From an uncultured Acidobacteriota bacterium (lineage in GTDB: Bacteria > Acidobacteriota > Vicinamibacteria > Vicinamibacterales > 2-12-FULL-66-21), in contig CAWGBU010000008.1 of the NCBI GenBank assembly GCA_963820905.1, forward strand, positions 361,729 to 425,728: a stretch of DNA of 64,000 nt, written 5' to 3'. Numbering within the stretch: the first letter of the stretch is position 1; each line of letters begins with the position of its first letter. The notes below the pieces were generated by a model. That model did not search any database. It had not been told where the DNA came from and saw only the letters and a program-made list of their open reading frames with translations. The position numbers and the translations under genes are program-made. Below are positions 34,876 to 44,422 of the stretch, in pieces.

Positions 34876-36111
34876 ATGGCCAAGAAAGCTACCACTCGCC
34901 GCAAGCGTTCCGTGTTCGCGCCGATCGAGCAGGCGATCGATGCCATCCGCGACGGCCGGATGATCATCGTCGTCGACGACGAAGATCGCGAGAACGAAGG
35001 CGACCTCACGATCGCGGCGGAGAAGATCACGCCCGACGCCATCAACTTCATGGCGAAGCACGGGCGCGGCCTGATCTGCATGCCGATGACCGAGGAGCGT
35101 CTTGCGCAGCTCGATCTCCCGCAGATGGTCCCGCAGAACACCGCGCGCTTCGACACGGCGTTCTGCGTATCGATTGAAGGGAAGTCGGTCACGAGCACGG
35201 GAATTTCGGCGGGCGACCGCGCGGCGACCGTGCTCACCGCGATCGATCCCGCGACGCGTCCTTCCGATCTCGCGCGGCCCGGCCACATGTTTCCGCTCAG
35301 AGCGCGGAACGGCGGCGTGCTCGTTCGCGCGGGGCAGACGGAGGCTGCCGTCGATCTCGCGCGGATCGCGGGCCTTTATCCCGCCGGCGTCATCTGCGAG
35401 ATCATGAACGACGACGGCACGATGGCGCGCGTGCCGGAGCTGACGACGTTCGCCCGACGGCACAAGCTGCTGCTGATCACCATCTCGGACCTCATTCAGT
35501 ACCGGATGCGGACGGAGGCGCTCGTGCGGCGCGTCGCCGCGGCCGCGCTGCCGACCGAGCGCGGTGAGTTCCGGGTGATCGCCTACGAGAGCATCATCGA
35601 TCGCGAGACGCACGTCGCCATGGTGAAGGGCGACATCGGCGACGGGGAGCAGATCCTCGTGCGCGTCCATTCGCGCTGCCTCACGGGCGACGTGTTCCAC
35701 TCTGCGCGCTGCGACTGCGGCCTGCAGCTCGCGGCGGCGCTCGACCGGATCTCCGAAGAGGGCCGCGGAATCCTCCTGTACCTGAACCAGGAAGGGCGCG
35801 GGATCGGGCTGTCCAACAAGATCCGGGCCTACGAGCTGCAGGATCAGGGGCTCGACACCGTCGAGGCGAACGAGCGGCTCGGCTTCAAGGCGGACCAGCG
35901 CGACTACGGCATCGGCGTGCAGATCCTGAAGGACCTCGGGGTCCGGTCGATGCGCCTCCTGTCGAACAATCCGAGAAAACTCGTCGGGATCGAGGGCTAC
36001 AACCTGTCGGTGGCCGAATGGCTGCCCCTGGAAATACCGCCATCGGACCATTCCCGGGGGTATTTGCGCACCAAGAAGCTCAAGCTCGGGCACAAGCTGA
36101 ACGGGGTCTAG
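34876..36111 (+). CDS. ribBA: DHBP synthase / GTP cyclohydrolase II
   Basis: [42 protein letters not shown]. Confidence 0.97.
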   Translation: MAKKATTRRKRSVFAPIEQAIDAIRDGRMIIVVDDEDRENEGDLTIAAEKITPDAINFMAKHGRGLICMPMTEERLAQLDLPQMVPQNTARFDTAFCVSIEGKSVTSTGISAGDRAATVLTAIDPATRPSDLARPGHMFPLRARNGGVLVRAGQTEAAVDLARIAGLYPAGVICEIMNDDGTMARVPELTTFARRHKLLLITISDLIQYRMRTEALVRRVAAAALPTERGEFRVIAYESIIDRETHVAMVKGDIGDGEQILVRVHSRCLTGDVFHSARCDCGLQLAAALDRISEEGRGILLYLNQEGRGIGLSNKIRAYELQDQGLDTVEANERLGFKADQRDYGIGVQILKDLGVRSMRLLSNNPRKLVGIEGYNLSVAEWLPLEIPPSDHSRGYLRTKKLKLGHKLNGV

Positions 36112-36128
36112 GCGGCAGCGGCCGCCGG

Positions 36129-36157
36129 TTGTCAGGTCCCGCCCCTTCTGTTACGAT
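36129..36157 (+). promoter_or_regulatory. sigma70 promoter of the ffh operon
   Basis: TTGTCA-N17-TACGAT with extended -10 TG. Confidence 0.6.
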
Positions 36158-36252
36158 AAACGTTTGCGTCTGAGCCGGTTACACCTCGCTCTGAGGCCTC
36201 CCGAGCCTCGAAACGCGCGGATCCCGGAGCGCTTCAACATCACGTTCGAGCC

Positions 36253-37611
36253 ATGTTCGATTCTCTGAGCACACGTCTGCAGGACGTCTTCCGGTCGCTG
36301 CGCGGAGAGGTTCGCCTCTCCGAGGAGACCGTCGAGATCGCGCTGCGCGAGATCCGCATGGCGCTGCTCGAGGCGGACGTCAATTTCAAGGTCGTCAAGG
36401 CCTTCATCGATCGCGTGCGCGACAAGGCCGTCGACCAGGAGGTGCTCCGGAGCCTGACGCCGGTGCAGCATGTCGTGCGGATCGTTCGCGACGAGATGCT
36501 CGCGCTCTTCGGCGACACCGCGGGCGGGCTGCCTCCGTCCCAGGCGAAGCCGCGGGTCATCCTGCTGCTCGGCCTGCAGGGGTCGGGCAAGACGACGACG
36601 TCCGGCAAGCTCGGGAGATGGCTGGCCAAGCAGGGTAGGCATCCGATCCTGGTGTCGACCGACGTCCGCCGTCCCGCGGCGATCGAGCAGTTGACGGTGG
36701 TCGCCAAAGAGGCCGGCGTCCGCGTCCACGATCCGGCGGGCGAGACCGATCCCGTGCGCCGCGCGCAGGGCGCGCTCACCGAGGCCCGCAACAGCGGGTT
36801 CGACGTCGTGATCGTCGACACGGCAGGCCGTCTCCACATCGACGACGACCTGATGGTCGAGCTGCAGGCGATCAAGGACGCGACCGAGCCGACCGACCTC
36901 CTGTACGTCGCGGACGCGATGACCGGCCAGGATGCGATCAAGAGCGCGGGCGAGTTCAACCGCCGCATCGGCGTGACCGGCGTGGTCCTGAGCAAGATGG
37001 ACGGCGACGCGCGCGGTGGCGCGGCGCTGTCGGTCGTCGGCGTCGTGGGTGTGCCGATTGCTTTCGCGGGCAGCGGCGAGCGCCTCCAGGATCTCGAGCC
37101 GTTTCATCCCGATCGCGTCGTGTCGCGCGTCCTCGGGATGGGCGACGTGCTGTCGCTCATCGAGAAGGCCGAAGAGGCCGTGTCGATCGAGGACGCCGAG
37201 AATCTCCAGGAGAAGATCCGCAAGAACGACTTCACGCTCGAGGACTTCCGCGATCAGCTGCGGACCATCAAGAAGATGGGACCGCTCGAGCAGATTCTCG
37301 GAATGCTTCCGGGCATGGGCAACCTGAAGCAGCTGACCGCGAACCGCGATGCGGTCGACGGCAAGCAGCTCGGTCGCATCGAGGCGATGATCGACTCGAT
37401 GACGCCGCACGAGCGGCGGAATCATCAGCTGATCAACGGCAGCCGGCGGAAGCGGATCGCGAAGGGCAGCGGCACGTCGGTGGAAGAGATCAACCGCCTG
37501 CTGAAGCAGTTCGTGCAGATGAAGAAGATGCTGAAGCAGCTCGGCGGCATGGCCGGTTTGATGAAGAAGAAGGGCGGCGGCCTCGGGATGATGAAGTCGC
37601 TCATGAGGTAA
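36253..37611 (+). CDS. ffh: Signal recognition particle protein
   Basis: GLQGSGKTT, DTAGR, DGDARGG, Met-rich M domain. Confidence 0.98.
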   Translation: MFDSLSTRLQDVFRSLRGEVRLSEETVEIALREIRMALLEADVNFKVVKAFIDRVRDKAVDQEVLRSLTPVQHVVRIVRDEMLALFGDTAGGLPPSQAKPRVILLLGLQGSGKTTTSGKLGRWLAKQGRHPILVSTDVRRPAAIEQLTVVAKEAGVRVHDPAGETDPVRRAQGALTEARNSGFDVVIVDTAGRLHIDDDLMVELQAIKDATEPTDLLYVADAMTGQDAIKSAGEFNRRIGVTGVVLSKMDGDARGGAALSVVGVVGVPIAFAGSGERLQDLEPFHPDRVVSRVLGMGDVLSLIEKAEEAVSIEDAENLQEKIRKNDFTLEDFRDQLRTIKKMGPLEQILGMLPGMGNLKQLTANRDAVDGKQLGRIEAMIDSMTPHERRNHQLINGSRRKRIAKGSGTSVEEINRLLKQFVQMKKMLKQLGGMAGLMKKKGGGLGMMKSLMR

Positions 37612-37615
37612 GTCA

Positions 37616-37650
37616 GGGCTGGAAACTGGAAGCTGGAAGCTGGAAGCTGA
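37616..37650. repeat. Heptamer array AAGCTGG x5 (degenerate)
   Basis: GGGCTGG AAACTGG AAGCTGG AAGCTGG AAGCTGA, directly before the rpsP SD. Confidence 0.85.
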
Positions 37651-37660
37651 AAGGATACGC

Positions 37661-37930
37661 ATGGTAGTGATTCGTTTGCGGCGGATGGGATCGAAGAAGC
37701 GCCCGTACTTTCGAGTGGTGGTGATCGACTCGCGCGCGGCCCGCGACAGCAGCTTCGTCGAGGTGCTCGGGCATTACGACCCGCGCGCCAAGCCGGAGAA
37801 GCTCGTGATCAATCGCGAGCGGCTGGATCACTGGGTGAAGGTCGGCGCGCAGCCGTCGGACTCCATCCGCACGCTCGTCAACCGCCTGCCGCCTGTCGCG
37901 GCTGCGCCGGTGGAGCAGCCGGCGTCGTGA
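37661..37930 (+). CDS. rpsP: 30S ribosomal protein S16
   Basis: IRLRRMGSKKRPYFRVVV, GAQPSD. Confidence 0.97.
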   Translation: MVVIRLRRMGSKKRPYFRVVVIDSRAARDSSFVEVLGHYDPRAKPEKLVINRERLDHWVKVGAQPSDSIRTLVNRLPPVAAAPVEQPAS

Positions 37931-38172
37931 GCCGGGCGCGGGATGTCGTCGAGGTGATCGCGCGTACACTGGCCGATCACCCCGACGCGGTGCGCGTGAC
38001 CGAGCGCGAGCATCGGGGGCAGACGCTCGTCGAGCTGTTCATGGCGCCGGGCGATCTGGGGCGCGTCATCGGACGTCAGGGGCGCACGGCGCAGGCCATG
38101 CGAACGCTCGTCAGCGCAACCGCCGAGCTCGAAGGGATAAAGGCGACCCTCGAGTTCAAGGATCAGCAGTAG
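37927..38172 (+). CDS. khpA: KH-domain RNA-binding protein
   Basis: DLGRVIGRQGRTAQAMRT; between rpsP and rimM. Confidence 0.9.
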   Translation: MSRARDVVEVIARTLADHPDAVRVTEREHRGQTLVELFMAPGDLGRVIGRQGRTAQAMRTLVSATAELEGIKATLEFKDQQ

Positions 38173-38194
38173 CGCTGACGGCCCGCGGCAGAGG

Positions 38195-38731
38195 GTGCGC
38201 AAGATGACGCAGGACGATCTCCTCCTCGTCGGCCGCATCGCGCGCGCCCACGGAAATCGCGGGCAGGTGATCGTCAACCTCGAGACGGATTTTCCCGGCG
38301 ATCGGTTCAAGGTCGGGCAGACGCTGCTCGTGGGCGACGGTGAGGCGGCAAAGCCGCGGCGGATCGCCGCTGTCAGATTCCACCAGGGGCGCCCGATCGT
38401 CGCGCTCGACGGCGTCGCGACGATGGATGAAGCGGAGGCACTGGCGGGCGCGGGGCTGTGGGTTGCGGCCGCGACCGTTCCGCCGCTGCCTGACGGAATG
38501 TTCTACCGGCACGACCTCGTGGGCTGCGAGGTGCAGGACGCGTCTGGAGCCAGCATCGGTCTGGTGACGGCGGTCGACGGACCGCTGGAAAGAAGCCACC
38601 TGATCGTGAAGGGGAGCCGGGGAGACGTGTTGATTCCGCTGGCCGCCGAAATCTGCGTTCGCGTGGATCCGGCGGCGCGGGTGATCGTCGTTCGCCCGCC
38701 CGAGGGGCTGCTCGAAGCGAACGAGCGATGA
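38195..38731 (+). CDS. rimM: Ribosome maturation factor RimM
   Basis: [23 protein letters not shown]. Confidence 0.93.
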   Translation: MRKMTQDDLLLVGRIARAHGNRGQVIVNLETDFPGDRFKVGQTLLVGDGEAAKPRRIAAVRFHQGRPIVALDGVATMDEAEALAGAGLWVAAATVPPLPDGMFYRHDLVGCEVQDASGASIGLVTAVDGPLERSHLIVKGSRGDVLIPLAAEICVRVDPAARVIVVRPPEGLLEANER

Positions 38732-39489
38732 CGACGCCGTTGAAAGTCGACATCGTCAGCATCTTCCCGGGCATGGTGAAGGCCTCGCTGACTGAAGGCA
38801 TCGTCGCGCGAGCGATCGGGCGAGGGCTGGTCGACGTGGCCGTTCACGATCTCCGGGATTTCACCACGGATCGTCACCGGGTCGTCGACGACGTGCCGTT
38901 CGGAGGCGGACCGGGCATGGTGATGAAGCCCGAGCCGTTTTTCGCGGCGCTGGACGCGATTCGAAGGGATCGCGGAACGCCCGCGGCGGTCGTGTTGACG
39001 ACACCGGATGGCGCGCGGTTCACGCACCGCGATGCCGTGCGGTTGAGCGGTTCGGGTCACGTCGTCGTGCTCTGCGGCCGCTACGAGGGCGTGGACGATC
39101 GGGTCCGGCGGCACCTCGCGACCGAAGAGCTGTCGATCGGCGACTACGTGGTGTCGGGCGGGGAGCTCCCGGCGCTCGTGATGGTGGATGCGATGTCGCG
39201 GCTGGTGCCCGGCGTCGTCGGCGACGAGGAATCGGTCGCGCGGGACACGTTCATGCGCGGGCTGCTCGACTATCCGCAGTACACTCGGCCGGCGAGCTTT
39301 CAGGGGTCCGATGTGCCGGCGGTCTTGCTGTCGGGACACCACCAGGCCATCGATCGGTGGCGTCGGCGCGAGGCGCTGGCGCGGACGCTCGAGCGCCGTC
39401 CGGATTTGTTGGAGAGCGCGGCGCTCGACGCGGACGATCGCGCGACGCTGCGTGAGCTTGAAGAGTTGCGAGAGAAGGGAGCGTTGTGA
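38728..39489 (+). CDS. trmD: tRNA (guanine37-N1)-methyltransferase
   Basis: [38 protein letters not shown]. Confidence 0.97.
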   Translation: MTTPLKVDIVSIFPGMVKASLTEGIVARAIGRGLVDVAVHDLRDFTTDRHRVVDDVPFGGGPGMVMKPEPFFAALDAIRRDRGTPAAVVLTTPDGARFTHRDAVRLSGSGHVVVLCGRYEGVDDRVRRHLATEELSIGDYVVSGGELPALVMVDAMSRLVPGVVGDEESVARDTFMRGLLDYPQYTRPASFQGSDVPAVLLSGHHQAIDRWRRREALARTLERRPDLLESAALDADDRATLRELEELREKGAL

Positions 39490-39833
39490 TGAATGCGGTA
39501 GAGACCGTCGAGCGCGCACAGCTGACCAAGCGCCCGGCGATGAAGCCCGGCGACACCGTGAAGGTGCACGTCAAGGTGCGCGAGGGCGACAAAGAGCGTA
39601 TTCAGGTATTCGAGGGCATGGTGATCGGCATGCACCGGGGCGGCATCCGGGCCACGTTCACCGTCCGGAAAGTGTCGTTCGGCCAGGGTGTCGAGCGGAT
39701 CTTCCCGCTGCACTCGCCGATCATCGATCGCATCGAGGTGCTGCGATCCGCACGCGTGCGGCGCGCCAAGCTCTATTTCCTCCGCGACCTGAAGGGCAAG
39801 GCCGCGAGGATGAAGGAACAGAAGAAGATCTGA
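39489..39833 (+). CDS. rplS: 50S ribosomal protein L19
   Basis: [29 protein letters not shown]. Confidence 0.97.
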   Translation: MNAVETVERAQLTKRPAMKPGDTVKVHVKVREGDKERIQVFEGMVIGMHRGGIRATFTVRKVSFGQGVERIFPLHSPIIDRIEVLRSARVRRAKLYFLRDLKGKAARMKEQKKI

Positions 39834-39842
39834 CGGCTTCGC

Positions 39843-40466
39843 ATGGTCAAGGTCCGCGCCTTCCGCACGATCGAGAACGCCATCCGGCGGATGGGGTTCA
39901 ACGGGGTCGCGGGCGTCGACGAGGTGGGCAGGGGCTGTCTCGCCGGGCCGGTGGTCGCGGCGGCCGTCGTGCTGGACCCGGATCGATACATCGCGAGAAT
40001 CGGCGACTCGAAGGCGGTCACGGCGCTCGAGCGTGCGCGCCTCTACGAGAAGATCACGCGGAACGCCGTCAGCTGGTACGTGGCCTCGTGCGATCGCGAG
40101 GAAATCGATCGGATCAACATCCACCAGGCGTCGCTGCGGGCGATGCAACGCGCCGTGCTGGGCCTGGTCCCCAGCCCGGATTTCGTGCTCGTCGATGCCT
40201 TCCGGATTCCGGACCTGCTGATGGCGCAGCGCGCCATCGAGCACGGCGACGCGAGGTGCACGGCCATCGCCGCGGCGTCGATCGTCGCGAAAGTGACCAG
40301 GGACCGGATGATGCTCGAACTGCACAGCCGTGATCCCAGGTATGGTTTCGACCGACACAAGGGCTATGCGACCCGGGACCATCTCGACGCCGTGTCTCGC
40401 TTCGGGTATTCGGACGTTCACCGGCGGACATTTCGTCCGCCCTCATTGTTCGACAGGATGGACTGA
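39843..40466 (+). CDS. rnhB: Ribonuclease HII
   Basis: GVDEVGRGCLAGPV, DSK, IAAASIVAKVTRD, HKGY. Confidence 0.96.
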   Translation: MVKVRAFRTIENAIRRMGFNGVAGVDEVGRGCLAGPVVAAAVVLDPDRYIARIGDSKAVTALERARLYEKITRNAVSWYVASCDREEIDRINIHQASLRAMQRAVLGLVPSPDFVLVDAFRIPDLLMAQRAIEHGDARCTAIAAASIVAKVTRDRMMLELHSRDPRYGFDRHKGYATRDHLDAVSRFGYSDVHRRTFRPPSLFDRMD

Positions 40467-40499
40467 CCGTCCGCCGCGCCATCGCCGTGGAGAATCCCG

Positions 40500-42455
40500 T
40501 TGGCTTTCGACCGTGACGGCGCGCTGAAGAAAGCGGAGAAGCTGTTGCGCGGGGGCAAGGTCGAGCCCGCGATTGCGGAGTACGTCCGCATCGTCGAGGA
40601 GAACCCGCGCGACTGGAGCACGGCGAACACGCTCGGCGAGATCTACGCGAAGGCCGGGCAGACCGCCAAGGCCGTCGAGCAGTACAACCGCGTGGCCGAG
40701 CATTTCGTCGACGCGGGCTTCTACCCGAAGGCCGCCGCCCTCTACAAGAAAATCCTCAAGATCATCCCGCAGGACGAAGCCGCGCAAGTGCAGCTGGCTG
40801 ATATTTCGGCCAAGCAGGGCCTGCTGGCGGATGCCAAGGCGCACCTCAATGCCGTCGCGGCGCGGCGGAAGGCCAAAGGCGATCGCCGCGGAACCGCCGA
40901 GATCGTCATCAAGCTGGGAGAGATTGATCCCGCGGATTTCGACGCGCGGATCGCCGCGGCGCGGACGCTCGAAGAGATGGGCGACGAGGGCCTGGCGGGC
41001 GAGCGCTTCAAGTCGCTGCACGACGATCTCCTCGAAAAGGGACGGAACGCCGAAGCGTTCGAGATGCTGAAGGAGTTCGTCCGGCTGAACCCGCTCGCCG
41101 GTGATGCGCGCGCGACGCTTGCGCGCGCGTCCCTGGGACGGGGAGACGTCGCCGGCGCGCGCGAGTACCTGGACGAGCACAGCGCGGGCGACGATCCGAC
41201 GCTGCTGCTGCCGCTCATCGACATCGAGCTGCGATCCGGCGAGGGCACGCGCGCGCAGGATCTCATCAGGCGGCTCCTCAGGGTCGATCCCGGGCATCGC
41301 TCCGCGATCGCCGATCTGAGCCGGAGATACATCGAGTCGAGCCCGCCCACCGCGCTCGCGTGCCTCGATGCGGTCGTGGACTCGGCAATCGCGACGTCCG
41401 ACTACGAGGAAGCGGCGGCAAGGCTGCTGGAGTTCCTCGAACGCATTCCCGGCGAGATCCCGGTCCTCCTGAAGCTCGTCGAAGTCTGTGTCGACGGCGG
41501 CCTTGAGTCGGCGATGTACGACGCGCAAGAGAAGCTGACCGATGCGTACCTCGCGGCAAACCAGGCCGCGGAGGCGCGGGTTATCGCTGAGGATCTCGTC
41601 GCGCGGGAGCCCTGGGAGCCGGCGCACATCGCTCGATTCCGCAGAGCGCTGGTCATGATGCGCGTCGATGATCCGGACACGCTGATCGCGGAGCGGCTCA
41701 GCGGCCAGGCGCCGTTCATGGCCCACGATCCGTTCTTTACTCCACCCGAGCCCGCTCCGACGCCGGTGGAAGTCCCGCAACCCGTTGCCGCCCAGCCGGA
41801 GCCACCGGCAAATGAAGCCGAGTCGCCTTACCGTGACCACAGTGAGTCTCGTGAAGTGGCCGGCGCGCCGGGTGGGGAGCCCGAAACGCCGCCGGACGAG
41901 ATCCGGACGATTCCGATCAAGCGCGCGCCAGAGCCGGCGCAGGCCGCGACCGACGAGATTGACCTGACGGGCGAGCTCGGGAGCCTGGACGATCCGGCCG
42001 CAGGCGGGTCCACGGGATCGTCGAAGACCCTCGATCAGACTTTTGCGAGCATGCGCGAAGAGGCCGCGGCGGATCCGGACTTCTCCGCGCAGCACATGAC
42101 GCTCGCTCGAACCTACATGGAAATCGGGATGTTCGACGAAGCCGTGTCATCGCTCGAGACGGCGGTGCGGGCGCCTCGCCTGCGGTTCGAGGCGTCGGCG
42201 GCGCTCGGGCGGCTCCACGAGCGCCAGGGTGATCAAGCCAAGGCGATCGAATGGCTCGAGCGGGCGGCGGGCGCTCCGCCGCCGACGCTGGAAGAAGGCA
42301 GGACCGTTCTCTACGATCTTGGCATCCTGCTCGAAAGCACGGGGGAGAACTCACGGGCGCTCGCCGTGTTTCTCGAGCTTCAGGCCGACGCCGGCGACTT
42401 CCGTGACGTTCCGTCCCGCATCGATCGTCTTGTCCGCGTGCAGACCGGAGGCTGA
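40500..42455 (+). CDS. Large TPR protein with acidic/Pro linker and C-terminal TPR cluster
   Basis: N-terminal TPRs (ANTLGEIY, KAAALYKKIL); C-terminal HMTLARTYMEIGMFDEA, LYDLGILLE. Confidence 0.85.
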   Translation: MAFDRDGALKKAEKLLRGGKVEPAIAEYVRIVEENPRDWSTANTLGEIYAKAGQTAKAVEQYNRVAEHFVDAGFYPKAAALYKKILKIIPQDEAAQVQLADISAKQGLLADAKAHLNAVAARRKAKGDRRGTAEIVIKLGEIDPADFDARIAAARTLEEMGDEGLAGERFKSLHDDLLEKGRNAEAFEMLKEFVRLNPLAGDARATLARASLGRGDVAGAREYLDEHSAGDDPTLLLPLIDIELRSGEGTRAQDLIRRLLRVDPGHRSAIADLSRRYIESSPPTALACLDAVVDSAIATSDYEEAAARLLEFLERIPGEIPVLLKLVEVCVDGGLESAMYDAQEKLTDAYLAANQAAEARVIAEDLVAREPWEPAHIARFRRALVMMRVDDPDTLIAERLSGQAPFMAHDPFFTPPEPAPTPVEVPQPVAAQPEPPANEAESPYRDHSESREVAGAPGGEPETPPDEIRTIPIKRAPEPAQAATDEIDLTGELGSLDDPAAGGSTGSSKTLDQTFASMREEAAADPDFSAQHMTLARTYMEIGMFDEAVSSLETAVRAPRLRFEASAALGRLHERQGDQAKAIEWLERAAGAPPPTLEEGRTVLYDLGILLESTGENSRALAVFLELQADAGDFRDVPSRIDRLVRVQTGG

Positions 42456-42456
42456 C

Positions 42457-42720
42457 ATCTCCTTCCTCACGCGCATCCTGTTTGCGGCGTACTTCCTCGA
42501 AGCAGGTTTGATTCTGATCGTCGCGCCCTGGTCGGGCTTCTGGGATCGCAATCTGTTCATCGACGCCTTTCCGGCGCTCGCCCGGCTGTTCGAGAGCCCC
42601 TTCGTGCGCGGCGCCGTCTCGGGCATCGGGGCCATTACGGTGGTCGCCGGGCTGGCGGAGCTGGCCGGCGTCGTCGCCCAGCGTCAACGAGCCAAGGACG
42701 CCTCGCGCGCCGAGCCCTGA
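42457..42720 (+). CDS. Small two-TM membrane protein (start uncertain)
   Basis: RILFAAYFLEAGLILIVAPWSGFWDRN...FVRGAVSGIG fills the gap between co-oriented genes. Confidence 0.7.
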   Translation: MSFLTRILFAAYFLEAGLILIVAPWSGFWDRNLFIDAFPALARLFESPFVRGAVSGIGAITVVAGLAELAGVVAQRQRAKDASRAEP

Positions 42721-42732
42721 GGTGCGTTCGCG

Positions 42733-43410
42733 GTGATTCCTGCCGGAAGCGCGCTCGGTTCTCCCGCGTTGATGTTCGTCAGCGATAGTCGGCGATACGC
42801 TCCCGGTGGGGGACGCGCCCGTGCGCTCGAGATGCTGGTCCGCGATGCCGTCGAGGCCGCGCGCGCCGGGATCGGTCTGATCCAGGTACGGGAGCGCGGG
42901 CTCGAGGACCGGGAGCTGCTGGCGCTCGCGCAAGGGATCGTCGCCGAAACGTCGCCGGCTGGGGCGAGGACGCTCGTGAACGACCGCCTCGACGTCGCGC
43001 TGGCCGCGGGCGCGCACGGCGTCCACCTGCCTCTCCTTGGGATGTCCAGCCGCGCTGCGCGTTCGATCGTGTCTGAAGCATTCCTGATCGGACGGTCCGT
43101 GCACACGGAGTCGGAGGCCGACGCGGCGCAGGAAGAAGGCGGCTGCGACTACCTGATCTTCGGCTCGGTGTTCGAATCAGCCAGCAAGACGCCAGGGCAT
43201 CCGGTGGCGGGGCTGGACGCGCTGGCGCGCGTCTGCGCGAACGCCGCGCTGCCGGTGCTTGCGATCGGCGGCATCACTCGGTCCCGTGTCGAAGCGGTTG
43301 CCAGGGCCGGTGCATCCGGCGTCGCGGCCATCGGCCTCTTCGCGTCCGCCAGCGGCGAGACGTTGACCGAAATAGTGCAGGAGATCAGATCCGTCTTTGG
43401 ATCGATATAG
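42733..43410 (+). CDS. thiE: Thiamine phosphate synthase (ThiE/TenI family)
   Basis: IQVRE, VNDRLDVA, GVHL, GRSVH, SASK, AIGGI. Confidence 0.8.
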   Translation: MIPAGSALGSPALMFVSDSRRYAPGGGRARALEMLVRDAVEAARAGIGLIQVRERGLEDRELLALAQGIVAETSPAGARTLVNDRLDVALAAGAHGVHLPLLGMSSRAARSIVSEAFLIGRSVHTESEADAAQEEGGCDYLIFGSVFESASKTPGHPVAGLDALARVCANAALPVLAIGGITRSRVEAVARAGASGVAAIGLFASASGETLTEIVQEIRSVFGSI

Positions 43411-43428
43411 GATGATCACCGCGAACAC

Positions 43429-44202
43429 ATGGACCCAGGGTATCGCACTCCACTGATGGATCTCTTCCGCCGCGGCGAGGCGGCCCGCGACATGTGTCTG
43501 CTCGCGGCACGCGGGCTGCTGGCCGCGAGCGCTCACGATCAGGTCGGCCTCCTCGTTCTGTTGTCGGAAGCCTCTGACACCGAAGTCGCGGCGCAGGCCA
43601 ACGTGACGCTGTCGCGGCTGCCGTCCGAGGCGCTCCGGGCGTTTCTCGCGCGCGCCGACGTGCCCTCCGAAGTGCGGGAGTTCTTCGCCGCCCGCGGGGT
43701 CCAGCGCGCCCAGGTGGCCGCGCCGACAGCGTCGGAGCCGCTCCTCGACGCGAGCGGCAGCCCGTCGGACGAGGCGGACGACGTGGACGCCGATGAGGCC
43801 GATCCGCGCGTCCTGTCCGGGCTCTCGATCGCCCAGCGCCTGAAGCTCGCGACGAAGGGAACCCGCGAGCAGCGCGCGCAGCTCATTCGCGACTCGAACA
43901 AGATCGTGGCGACGGCGGTCCTGAGCAGCCCGAAGCTGACCGAGGCCGAGGTAGAGGCGTTCTGCAAGATGGGCAACGTCTCCGAGGACGTGCTCCGGAT
44001 CATCGCGACCAACCGTGCGTGGACGAAGAACTACGCGATCGTTCTCGGAGCCGCGCGCAACCCGAAGACGCCGCCCGCCCTGTCGATGCAGCTGCTCAAT
44101 CGCCTCAACGAGAAGGACGTGAAGATGCTCACGATCGATCGCAACGTGTCCGAGGCGCTCCGCCTCGCCGCGCGCCGGATGCTGGTGAAGTCGAAGAGGT
44201 GA
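43429..44202 (+). CDS. Conserved helical-repeat hypothetical protein
   Basis: AQRLKLATKGTREQRAQLIRDSNKIV...SPKLTEAE...NPKTP. Confidence 0.8.
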   Translation: MDPGYRTPLMDLFRRGEAARDMCLLAARGLLAASAHDQVGLLVLLSEASDTEVAAQANVTLSRLPSEALRAFLARADVPSEVREFFAARGVQRAQVAAPTASEPLLDASGSPSDEADDVDADEADPRVLSGLSIAQRLKLATKGTREQRAQLIRDSNKIVATAVLSSPKLTEAEVEAFCKMGNVSEDVLRIIATNRAWTKNYAIVLGAARNPKTPPALSMQLLNRLNEKDVKMLTIDRNVSEALRLAARRMLVKSKR

Positions 44203-44209
44203 GCGTTCG

Positions 44210-44422
44210 TCACTTCGCGGGCTTCTTCCTCGCCCCGAACTCCTTCCGCATGTCGGCGAGCCCCTGCATGTAGACGGTCGCGCGCTCCCGTTCGGCTTCG
44301 TCGGGCATCTCCTTGATCAAATCGATTGCCCGGTCGAAGTCGGCGAGGATCGTGGCGGGGGTAGTCTCGAAATAGAGCCGCCGGATTTCCGCAAGCCGGT
44401 CTTGATCGCGCTTGGGCGTCAT
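44210..44422 (-). CDS. Small helical hypothetical protein (70 aa)
   Basis: ATGA overlap with polX stop; EIRRLYFETTPATILADFDRAIDLIK...ERATVYMQGL. Confidence 0.75.
   Translation of the reverse strand: MTPKRDQDRLAEIRRLYFETTPATILADFDRAIDLIKEMPDEAERERATVYMQGLADMRKEFGARKKPAK

Noticed and set aside
33163-36111. FMN riboswitch, or missing ribH as a novelty
   Set aside because: Only 12 nt precede ribD, leaving no room; ribH is often encoded elsewhere (e.g. with nusB)
36112-36252. SRP RNA or riboswitch upstream of ffh
   Set aside because: TCAGGTCC is present but the SRP GGAA tetraloop/AGCAG motif is missing; the region is explained by a promoter
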